Shown here: piece after piece, positions 8,562-15,922 of the stretch | Layout of the letters: the number at the start of each line of letters is the position of its first letter | How positions within the stretch are numbered: the stretch's first letter is position 1 | Origin: a virus | Lineage: Duplodnaviria > Heunggongvirae > Uroviricota > Caudoviricetes | Reading direction: 5' to 3' (one strand) | DNA length: 39,437 nt | Virus record (IMG/VR): IMGVR_UViG_2687453623_000006 | The notes under the pieces: generated by a model | Database searches by the model: none | The model's input: only the letters and a program-made list of their open reading frames with translations | Told to the model about the DNA's origin: nothing | Made by a program: the position numbers and the translations under genes

Positions 8562-9473
8562 TTATGCCTCCAGCCCGTTAATCTGTGGCGTCGGCTCAGT
8601 CAGCCATGAAGGCGCTGCATTGCCTGTTGGCTCGTCCGGCAGGTCAAATGTGGAGCGCAGGCTACGCGCTGTGCTTTCCAGTTGACAGACCAGGCCTGCC
8701 ATGAAGTCTCTGGGGGTATCAATCATGTTTTCAGCACAATATGCGCACAGCGTCTCAAAAGCGCTGGACAGTCGAACGGCGATGGCAGATTCCGCCTCAA
8801 CCGCTAACGCGGTCACTTCTGCCCGCAGTTTCTTCACCTCTTCATCAGGCTCAGGTGGCTGAATACGGGATTTCTTCTCCAGTCTGGTGGAGAGTGAGTC
8901 TATTTTTTCATTTTTGTCGGCGAGTACGCGCTGTTGTGCTGCGTTGGTTTCGCGCGCTTCGCGCAGGGCCTGACGCAATTCACGTACTGACATGCGATCA
9001 ACATCGTCAAGCGTCAGTCCGGCAACTGTGCCACCGTCGGCCAGTTCAGCAAGGTCGTCGTCATCTTCAGCAACAAGTTCAAATAATTTTGCCTTACCTA
9101 AAAGCGACAACGTTGTCGCTTTTGGCTCTAGTTTTGGTGAAAGGTATTTCAAAGATGCTTTCATCATTCGTTGTGCTGCGCGCACATGCAGACCAAGTTG
9201 TTCTTCTACAATTCCAACAAAGTCCCCGTGAGGTTCATTTTCTTTGAGAATAATAAGTCGTTTACCTGCTTCCAGCATGGCCTCAGCGCTCTGTGCCATA
9301 TAAAACCGAGCCTCATGAACTATGCGATCACGCTCATAGGGCTGACCATCGCCAAACTGCTGCATGATCTCCATACGATGCTGTGTCATGGCGTTCAGAC
9401 TGACATTGAGATCATCCGACAGCGGTACCTCGGCGTTCAGTTCAGTGTTAATCGGTGATTTGGTGCGTCCCAT
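8562..9473 (-). CDS. DUF3102-like phage protein with acidic/coiled-coil C-terminal half
   Basis: 303 aa; EARFYMAQSAEAMLEAGKRLIILKENEPHGDFVGIVEEQLGLHVRAAQRMMKAS resembles the DUF3102 core (HGxF/W ... AQRxM); directly upstream of transposase. Confidence 0.45.
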   Translation of the reverse strand: MGRTKSPINTELNAEVPLSDDLNVSLNAMTQHRMEIMQQFGDGQPYERDRIVHEARFYMAQSAEAMLEAGKRLIILKENEPHGDFVGIVEEQLGLHVRAAQRMMKASLKYLSPKLEPKATTLSLLGKAKLFELVAEDDDDLAELADGGTVAGLTLDDVDRMSVRELRQALREARETNAAQQRVLADKNEKIDSLSTRLEKKSRIQPPEPDEEVKKLRAEVTALAVEAESAIAVRLSSAFETLCAYCAENMIDTPRDFMAGLVCQLESTARSLRSTFDLPDEPTGNAAPSWLTEPTPQINGLEA

Positions 9474-9483
9474 TTATTACTCC

Positions 9484-9798
9484 TTACAAACGACTACCTG
9501 AAATGACACGTTGGTTGATTTCGTTAATGCGATCCTGTGCACGTGCCATCTCGTTACTGTGGGCCATAGCGATCTGCAGTAACTGGATGCCCGGCGCGAA
9601 ACGCCCGTTTTCCAGTTTCAGGGCCAACCCTTCTTCAATGAGGGTGTTGAGTGCCCGGTTGATGTTTGCCGGTGACTCGTGCAGTGCTGCCGCCAGTTCA
9701 CCGTTGGAAATACCGTTCAGGGCATGACCGCGCAGCGCTTTGAGTACCCGGAGGATGCGACTGCCGGAGCTTGAAACATTCGTCTTACTCATCTGCAT
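9484..9798 (-). CDS. winged-helix DNA-binding protein
   Basis: 104 aa; RILRVLKALRGHALNGISNGELAAALHESPANINRALNTLIEEGLA resembles an IclR/MarR-type N-terminal wHTH. Confidence 0.45.
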   Translation of the reverse strand: MQMSKTNVSSSGSRILRVLKALRGHALNGISNGELAAALHESPANINRALNTLIEEGLALKLENGRFAPGIQLLQIAMAHSNEMARAQDRINEINQRVISGSRL

Positions 9799-9844
9799 AC
9801 CTCTTTTGCGATATGTGATAACCTTTTACAAAGACTCAAAATCT

Positions 9845-10033
9845 TCAGGCTGCCTGAGCTGTTGATTTCAGCCCCAACTTCACGGCGATTTCATGGGATT
9901 TACCGTAACGGGCTTTGGTCTGCCCATTGAGAACGCGGTATACCTCATTGCGGTTGTAGCCGTTTTCTTCTGCCCAGCGGGTGAAAGTGATCCCGCGCTG
10001 GCGGAAGAGAGCTTTGACTTGTTCTGCAGTCAT
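9845..10033 (-). CDS. ner: Ner-like small DNA-binding regulator (Cro functional analogue)
   Basis: 62 aa; first gene of the leftward early operon, divergent from the repressor; ATG at 10033 with AAGGAG RBS; HTH-like GITFTRWAEENGYNRNEVYRVLNG. Confidence 0.55.
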   Translation of the reverse strand: MTAEQVKALFRQRGITFTRWAEENGYNRNEVYRVLNGQTKARYGKSHEIAVKLGLKSTAQAA

Positions 10034-10133
10034 CGTTGTCTCCTTTGTTGATGCAATGATGTTTGCCTTATGTGTGATAGATTATGGTGCAGATTACCTC
10101 ACCAGTCAACTTAAAGAGTGCAGAAAAACTCAC
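10034..10133. promoter_or_regulatory. divergent early/repressor promoter-operator region
   Basis: 100-bp AT-rich spacer between divergent ner-like and repressor starts; position equivalent to the Mu Pe/Pc operator region; individual sites not resolved. Confidence 0.4.
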
Positions 10134-10472
10134 ATGATCGGGTTACGTATTAAAGAAGAAAGAGAGCGTCTATCTCTTACACAGCAAGGGTTGGCTGATG
10201 CTATAGGTGTGGCAAAGAGAACTTTCATTGATTGGGAAAAAGATCGCACTTCTCCTACTGCAGTGCAGTTATCTGCACTATCAGAAATCGGTGTAGATAT
10301 TTTGTATGTAGTTACTGGGGTGCGGAGTCAGCCTGTTGTTGCACCTTATGTGTCACAAGAAAAGAAAGAGTTAATGGATGCATTCGACGAAATGAGCCCC
10401 GAACAACGGAGGGCAATTCTTGAGGTCGGCAAAGTCTTCATTCAACCCAAACCAAGCAAACTCGCAGGCTGA
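10134..10472 (+). CDS. XRE-family HTH repressor (lysogeny repressor candidate)
   Basis: Track ORF 9981..10472; HTH domain begins at the internal ATG 10134 (MIGLRIKEERERLSLTQQGLADAIGVAKRTFIDWEKDRTSPT); divergent from the early operon. Confidence 0.65.
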   Translation: MIGLRIKEERERLSLTQQGLADAIGVAKRTFIDWEKDRTSPTAVQLSALSEIGVDILYVVTGVRSQPVVAPYVSQEKKELMDAFDEMSPEQRRAILEVGKVFIQPKPSKLAG

Positions 10473-10557
10473 TTTTGACCTGGACACAAAGGACAGGTGG
10501 TTGATCTGGATGCTTTCAGAAAACATCGCCAGTGACATAGTGGAAGTTGTTTGGTTT

Positions 10558-10590
10558 ACCGGAAAGCATTGTGCTTTCCGGTTTTGTTTC
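10558..10590 (+). terminator. Rho-independent terminator downstream of the repressor
   Basis: Perfect 11-bp stem ACCGGAAAGCA/TGCTTTCCGGT with 3-nt loop followed by TTTTGTTTC. Confidence 0.5.
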
Positions 10591-11353
10591 AGAAGTTGCA
10601 GATTACCAGTTCACGGCGCGGCGTAGATTTCCCCGCCAGACTGTAGTTGATGTTCACTGTCTGTATGTTCAGTCCAGTGAACACCTCGCGCATCTGTGGG
10701 ATATCGTTCACCGAAATTATCATTTTTCCTCTGATGCACCGGGCCAGCTCTGCCAGCCGCGAGTAGTTCCCTTCAGGAAAATCCACACCATAGCCTTCCG
10801 TACCCAGGTACGGTGGGTCGCAGTAGAACAGTGTGTGCGGACGATCATAACGCTCAATGCACTGTTGCCAGTCCATGTGTTCTATGACTGTTCTGGAAAG
10901 CCGCAGGTGTGCTGCTGACAGTTCTTCTTCAATACGCAGCAGGTTGAAGCGTGGCGGGGATGTGGTGGAGGTACCGAAGCTGTGCTCTGCCACCTTGCCG
11001 CCAAACGCCTGCTTCTGAAGGTAGTAGAACCGTGCCGCACGCTGGATATCCGTCAGTGTTTCTTCCGGGGTGATCTGCAGCCATTTGTAGATCTGACGGC
11101 TGACCAGCGCCCATTTGAACTGGCGGACAAATTCTTCCAGGTGATGCTTTACCACCCGGTACAGATTCACCAGTTCACCGTTGATATCATTGATGACTTC
11201 GATCTTGCCGGGTGTCTTAAGAAAATAGAGCGCTGCTGCCCCACAAAACGGCTCCACATAACATTCATGCGCCGGAAACAGCGGCAGGATGTGTTTTGCC
11301 AGGCGACGTTTGCCACCAATCCATGGAACGATGGGTAATGTCTTCATTTTCAT
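10589..11353 (-). CDS. dam: Dam-family DNA N6-adenine methyltransferase (orphan)
   Basis: 254 aa; N-terminal WIGGKRRL, SAM-binding motif EPFCGAAALYF, catalytic motif DPPY; no adjacent restriction endonuclease. Confidence 0.8.
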   Translation of the reverse strand: MKMKTLPIVPWIGGKRRLAKHILPLFPAHECYVEPFCGAAALYFLKTPGKIEVINDINGELVNLYRVVKHHLEEFVRQFKWALVSRQIYKWLQITPEETLTDIQRAARFYYLQKQAFGGKVAEHSFGTSTTSPPRFNLLRIEEELSAAHLRLSRTVIEHMDWQQCIERYDRPHTLFYCDPPYLGTEGYGVDFPEGNYSRLAELARCIRGKMIISVNDIPQMREVFTGLNIQTVNINYSLAGKSTPRRELVICNF

Positions 11354-11544
11354 AATCTGTAAGCCTTTTACAATTATTAAAAATATGGCAGGCTAGTCTG
11401 GTCTCGCGAGACTGACTGAACCTCGGTCGGCTCACAGCCACTTCTGTGGGACGATGGCCAGCCCGGTGGGTCCGAAGCACCGGGCTGGTCGTTCTTTCAT
11501 GATGCGGCAGGGATAGTGGGATTTCTGTTAATGTGGTTTAGGGA

Positions 11545-11760
11545 TTATCCGGGGCGATTTTCTGACCTTATCCGGTCCAGGGCATAAGTAATACCTTCTG
11601 CAAAAACAGAAGTATCAAACTGCTTTTGTATTCCCTGAAAATGAAAAGCGGCACGACAGACACTCAGTTCTCCGCGATGTAACCGGATAATATCTTCCAG
11701 AACATTGTTCACTGCTTCAGCACGGCGCTGATGTTCTGTTAACGTTAATCGGGGATTCAT
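11545..11760 (-). CDS. hypothetical protein (71 aa)
   Basis: ATG at 11760 preceded by AAGGAG at good spacing; no recognisable motif. Confidence 0.4.
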   Translation of the reverse strand: MNPRLTLTEHQRRAEAVNNVLEDIIRLHRGELSVCRAAFHFQGIQKQFDTSVFAEGITYALDRIRSENRPG

Positions 11761-12163
11761 GATGCACTCCTTAAATGATGATTTTTATGCACTCACCGGC
11801 AAAATATTCTGCCGATTACTGAACACGCATCCGGCACCTCAGGTTTTGATTTATTCTGGTTTTTTCGATATCCCGGACCAGGTTGATCACGACCAGAAAA
11901 AGTGCCGGTATTTTATTGATACGCTGATATGGCTTCGGGATAACAGCTATATTCGTTACTCTCAGTTGCTGGCTGTGGGAGCGGCTGATGTCGTCCTCAC
12001 GGAAAAAACGCTCCGTCTGCTCAATGCCACGCCGACCCTTCTGCAGCCCCGGCCCGCACCATTTAAAGAGTCACTTCTGGATGCAGTAAAAACCGGTGAA
12101 AATGCAGTCATCGCTGAATGCGTATCCCGGATTATGCGTTACGTGTTTAATGAACGTAAGTGA
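11759..12163 (+). CDS. hypothetical protein (134 aa)
   Basis: Start codon overlaps the start of the divergent 71-aa ORF; GGGGA upstream; 3' end overlaps the convergent P-loop gene by 25 bp. Confidence 0.3.
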   Translation: MMHSLNDDFYALTGKIFCRLLNTHPAPQVLIYSGFFDIPDQVDHDQKKCRYFIDTLIWLRDNSYIRYSQLLAVGAADVVLTEKTLRLLNATPTLLQPRPAPFKESLLDAVKTGENAVIAECVSRIMRYVFNERK

Positions 12164-12882
12164 GGTTTATCCGCTGTCTGCATAATCCCGATAGCCAGTG
12201 CGAGGGGAAGTAATTCCGGGGAAACTCTTTCAAACAGCGACTCCCATTCTCCTCTCGCCATCACTCTGTCCAGCCCGCCCCCCAGTTGCATTTCAGCAAT
12301 CTTCCTGATTTCCCGGAACAACGCCGCTTTGATCTCTTCGTGCTCAGCTTTATTTTCCGGTGTCAGAATGTATTCGTCGAAGAACCGGGGAGGCTGGTTA
12401 ACGGGGAGCGTGTTCACCGGGATGTGTTCCTGTTTCCCGTACTTCGGGGCAGAAAAACATTCTGTTGGCTGACCGGTGAGTTTACGTAGCTCCTTCATGA
12501 GCAGCTCCTGATCGTAAACTGTCATCAGTGCCGCAATGGTGGCATGCAGTGCATCGGGCAGTATCCAGGGTTGCCGGCCCGTGGGGCATATAACATCCAG
12601 CAGCTCATTCGTCCGACAGATACGCTCCTCGCCGTATGACAACAGGCCCTGTCCCGTGTATTCCTCCAGCCTGATCACTGTGCCACCCCGTGGCTTCTGC
12701 CAGGTCGTCAGATCATCGCCACTCATACGCCGCTCATCATCTACGTCTGCAGCATCGACAATGACGCTGCCCCCGAATTCCTGTTTCACCACTTCCTCTA
12801 TCCGCGCCAATATGTAACTTTTACCGCTGCCCACAGGACCGGACACGGTGACAGTGATGACCGGATTCAGTGTCTGCGTCAT
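12139..12882 (-). CDS. P-loop NTPase of unknown function
   Basis: 247 aa; Walker A GPVGSGKS at residues 15-22, candidate Walker B VIVDAADVDDE; GAGGAG RBS; transcribed divergently from the late operon. Confidence 0.55.
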   Translation of the reverse strand: MTQTLNPVITVTVSGPVGSGKSYILARIEEVVKQEFGGSVIVDAADVDDERRMSGDDLTTWQKPRGGTVIRLEEYTGQGLLSYGEERICRTNELLDVICPTGRQPWILPDALHATIAALMTVYDQELLMKELRKLTGQPTECFSAPKYGKQEHIPVNTLPVNQPPRFFDEYILTPENKAEHEEIKAALFREIRKIAEMQLGGGLDRVMARGEWESLFERVSPELLPLALAIGIMQTADKPHLRSLNT

Positions 12883-13012
12883 ATCGTATTCTCCTCTGTG
12901 AATAATTCATCGTTTATCCTGCACATCCCGTATCCCCGGCTCTCTTAACGCGCTTTAAAATCCTTCGCGCCCTGTATTTGTGATGCTGTCTCCACCAGAC
13001 AAGGAGACACAC

Positions 13013-13363
13013 ATGAAAAACCTGAAAAAATTCATTCCCCCTGTTAAAAAACCTCGCCTCAGCGGCTGGCTGCTGACCTCAGTGCTGTTGCTGGGCACCA
13101 TCGCTCTGGTCTCGCCACAGCAGTTGCCTGTTGTGATCTACAAGCTGGCACTCATCACGCTGGCAGCAGTGCTGGGTTACTGGCTTGACCGTTCGCTCTT
13201 CCCCAAAGCCCGTCCCGGTCAGTACCTGAAACATGACGACAGGCTGATGGCTGATGGGCGTTTCCCGGTACAGACCGGCCTTCACCTGGTGTTTTCTGCT
13301 GCGTTAATCCGCCGTGCACTGATTGTTGCAGCGGTCTGTCTGGCTGTTGCGATGGGGCTTTAA
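13013..13363 (+). CDS. putative holin / lysis membrane protein
   Basis: Track ORF from GTG 12980; preferred ATG 13013 with AAGGAG RBS; three hydrophobic segments; immediately upstream of the endolysin. Confidence 0.45.
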   Translation: MKNLKKFIPPVKKPRLSGWLLTSVLLLGTIALVSPQQLPVVIYKLALITLAAVLGYWLDRSLFPKARPGQYLKHDDRLMADGRFPVQTGLHLVFSAALIRRALIVAAVCLAVAMGL

Positions 13364-13365
13364 TC

Positions 13366-14103
13366 ATGAACTGGCCGCAGATCACCTGGATTGTATGCAT
13401 GTCCCTGAAACTGGCTTTCGAAGCCTTTAGGGTCTTCATCAGAACCGAACGCCTGTCAGTCCGCGCCGGGACCTTTCTGGTTCATATGGCACGGGTATTC
13501 TTTGTCGCAATGTTGCTCTGGTGTGGCGGCTTCTTCAGTCAGGCCCGCGCAGCGCAGCCTCCGCAGGCAGCGCTGCAGTATCGCGATGATGTGATCCGTA
13601 ATGCCCGGCTTGAATGGGGACTGTCTGCGCCGGTGGCTGATTTCGCTGCGCAACTGCATCAGGAAAGCGGCTGGCGACCTGATGCGATCTCGCCGGTTGG
13701 CGCTCAGGGACTGGCGCAGTTCATGCCCGCCACCGCCGACTGGATAAGTCAGTTGATGCCGGGGCTTAACAGCCGTGAGCCATTTAATCCGGCATGGGCC
13801 ATCCGGGCGCTGGTCAGCTATGACCGCTGGCTGTGGCAGCGCGTCAGCGCCGCCAGTGACTGCGAGCGTATGGCCATGACACTGTCGGGCTATAACGGTG
13901 GTCTGGGCTGGGTACAGCGGGACAGGCGGCTTGCATCACAAAAAGGGCTGGACAGCACCCGCTGGTTTGGTCATGTCGCCACGGTGAATGCCGGACGCAG
14001 CACTGCCAGCTGGCGGGAGAACCGTCATTATCCCCAGCGCATCCTGTTCACGCTGGCCCCGCGTTATCTCTCATGGGGAGGGGCAAGCTGTGTGGGTACG
14101 TAA
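13366..14103 (+). CDS. lytic transglycosylase endolysin (SLT domain) with hydrophobic N-terminal SAR/signal-like segment
   Basis: SLT motif QLHQESGWRPDAISPVGAQGLAQFMPATA; hydrophobic MARVFFVAMLLWCGGFF upstream of the catalytic domain; true start may be the internal ATG at 13486. Confidence 0.75.
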   Translation: MNWPQITWIVCMSLKLAFEAFRVFIRTERLSVRAGTFLVHMARVFFVAMLLWCGGFFSQARAAQPPQAALQYRDDVIRNARLEWGLSAPVADFAAQLHQESGWRPDAISPVGAQGLAQFMPATADWISQLMPGLNSREPFNPAWAIRALVSYDRWLWQRVSAASDCERMAMTLSGYNGGLGWVQRDRRLASQKGLDSTRWFGHVATVNAGRSTASWRENRHYPQRILFTLAPRYLSWGGASCVGT

Positions 14104-14131
14104 GTTACGGTCGCTGCCGTGGCGGGTCATT

Positions 14132-14743
14132 ATGCTGGCCATTCTCCTGAACACCTTCCTGCTGGCGATCTGGTGGCTGGGATACAGCACAGGCCACGAC
14201 CGGGCCTCCGCTGACGGTCAGGCGGCGCTCAGCCGCCTGCAGGCGGATTTTGACGGATACCGGGCAGAACAGGCCCGGCGTGAGGTGGCGGCGTTGCGCG
14301 CATGGTCTGAGCGTTATCAGGAGCAGGTAGCCGCCGGGCAACGGGCTGAAGCTGGTTATCTTGAGCAGATTGCTCAACTGGAGGACCAGAACAAACAACT
14401 ACAGGGGCAAATTAACGATGTCACACAGCGCTGGATTGATGAAAAAGGTAAGAGCCATCCCATTGAGTGCGTGTTTACTCGCGGTTTCGTGCGCCAGTAC
14501 AACGCCGCACTCGGATACGACAACGCATCCGTCGACACCGGTCATTCAGACTCAGTTGCCGCCGCTGGCACCGGCACTGGCGCAGCGACCGGGCAACCTG
14601 AAACCGCTGACGCCCGGTTACGCAATTCGGGTGTCTCCCAGCTTGACGTCCTTGCCAACATCATCGACAACGCAGGGCAATGTCGTCGCTGGCGAAACCA
14701 GATAAACGCGCTACTGGATGAACGGGAAGGATTACAGAAATGA
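14132..14743 (+). CDS. Rz-like inner-membrane spanin (i-spanin)
   Basis: N-terminal transmembrane helix MLAILLNTFLLAIWWLGY then coiled-coil-like region; start could alternatively be GTG at 14090 overlapping the endolysin stop. Confidence 0.6.
   Translation: MLAILLNTFLLAIWWLGYSTGHDRASADGQAALSRLQADFDGYRAEQARREVAALRAWSERYQEQVAAGQRAEAGYLEQIAQLEDQNKQLQGQINDVTQRWIDEKGKSHPIECVFTRGFVRQYNAALGYDNASVDTGHSDSVAAAGTGTGAATGQPETADARLRNSGVSQLDVLANIIDNAGQCRRWRNQINALLDEREGLQK
14439..14705 (+). CDS. Rz1-like outer-membrane lipoprotein spanin (o-spanin), embedded in Rz in another frame
   Basis: MKKVRAIPLSAC with lipobox LSAC followed by proline-rich mature peptide; entirely nested within the Rz ORF. Confidence 0.55.
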   Translation: MKKVRAIPLSACLLAVSCASTTPHSDTTTHPSTPVIQTQLPPLAPALAQRPGNLKPLTPGYAIRVSPSLTSLPTSSTTQGNVVAGETR

Positions 14744-15066
14744 CACTGCAGGTTGAATTCTGGACGGTGGTGAGTTTTTTGCTCACCTTCATGGGGTTTG
14801 TGGGAGGGCTCGCCAAATGGTTGTTCAGTAAAACAGAAGAACGCCAGGCGGCACGATTCGCCTCCCTTGAGCAGGCCCTGCAACAGTCCGCCTCCAACTG
14901 GGGCGAACTGGAAAAAGAATTTATGCGATTTAAAGCGGATTTACCGCTGAATTATGTCCGTCGCGAGGATTATATCCGTGGCCAGACAGTCATCGAGGCC
15001 AAACTGGACGCGCTCTACAACAAACTGGAAGTGGTACAGCAGTACCGCAATACCGGAGGTCAATAA
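14740..15066 (+). CDS. small membrane protein with coiled coil (Mu gp25-like position)
   Basis: 108 aa; N-terminal transmembrane helix FWTVVSFLLTFMGFVGGLAKWLF; start overlaps Rz stop. Confidence 0.4.
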   Translation: MTLQVEFWTVVSFLLTFMGFVGGLAKWLFSKTEERQAARFASLEQALQQSASNWGELEKEFMRFKADLPLNYVRREDYIRGQTVIEAKLDALYNKLEVVQQYRNTGGQ

Positions 15067-15377
15067 TGGTCGATATTACCCGGGTACGCCGCGAATCCCT
15101 GCGCTGGAGTCTGCTGGTTGCCCTGAACAAAACCCGCCCTTATACCGCCAGCGAGACGCTGCTGCTGGAAGTGTCCCGCGCCATCTACCCGGACACCACG
15201 CAACTGGAGCTGCGCCGTGAGCTTGATTACCTGGCAGATCGCAAGATGGTGGAACTGGAGAAGAGGCCTTCCGGTGACTGGTTTGCCGATCTGAGTCGCC
15301 TTGGTGTGGATATTGTGGAATACACCGTGGAATGCGGCCCCGGTATTGCCCGCCCGGAAAAATACTGGAGTGAGTGA
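15066..15377 (+). CDS. hypothetical late protein (Mu gp26-like position)
   Basis: 103 aa; translationally coupled (ATG overlaps upstream stop). Confidence 0.4.
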   Translation: MVDITRVRRESLRWSLLVALNKTRPYTASETLLLEVSRAIYPDTTQLELRRELDYLADRKMVELEKRPSGDWFADLSRLGVDIVEYTVECGPGIARPEKYWSE

Positions 15378-15379
15378 TT

Positions 15380-15922
15380 ATGGGACGTCGCAGCAGCATT
15401 GATTCTCTGCCGAAGGAGGTCCGTCGCTGGCTTGAGCGGGCACTGACGGAGAATAATTTCACCGGCTATGCAGAGCTTGAAAGTCTGTTGAAGGAAAAGG
15501 GGTACAGCATCACCCGCTCTTCCCTGCAGCGGTTTGGCTACAAAATGGAGCAGCAACTGGCCCGGGTGCGGGCGGCAACCGAGGCAGCGCGTCTGCTTGC
15601 CCGGGAGGCCGGAGACGATCCTGATGACCGTTCAGCCGGGCTGATAACCCTCGTCCAGACCGAAATGACGGATATCCTGATGCGCCTGCAGGAGTCGCGG
15701 GAAAACGACGATCCCTTCGCCCGGGCAAAACTGCTGGCAACGGCTTCAAAAAATATCGCCACACTGACCCGCGCCTCGGTCAACCTCAAGCGCTATCAGG
15801 CAGAAGTCAGAGAGAGGGTTGAACGTGCTGCCGCTGCCGCCGAGAAAATTGCCCGTAAGGGCGGGCTCTCTGCGGAAGCCGTACAGGCACTGCGCCGGGA
15901 AATTCTGGGGGTGGTATCATGA
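15380..15922 (+). CDS. Mu gp27-like protein (DUF3486; small-terminase-like)
   Basis: Immediately precedes the large terminase; basic N-terminus and helical body; preferred ATG at 15380 (track ORF begins at GTG 15374). Confidence 0.55.
   Translation: MGRRSSIDSLPKEVRRWLERALTENNFTGYAELESLLKEKGYSITRSSLQRFGYKMEQQLARVRAATEAARLLAREAGDDPDDRSAGLITLVQTEMTDILMRLQESRENDDPFARAKLLATASKNIATLTRASVNLKRYQAEVRERVERAAAAAEKIARKGGLSAEAVQALRREILGVVS

Noticed and set aside
9981-10133. 51-aa N-terminal extension of the repressor ORF
   Set aside because: The XRE HTH domain begins exactly at the internal ATG 10134; the upstream part overlaps the ner-like gene start and the operator spacer and is hydrophobic with no motif, so the shorter start is preferred.
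11354-11544. tRNA or tmRNA gene in the structured spacer upstream of dam
   Set aside because: No canonical T-loop (GTTCRANYC) or cloverleaf spacing could be found by eye; the hairpin has an 11-bp stem, too long for a tRNA arm. Retained only as a generic structured or regulatory element.
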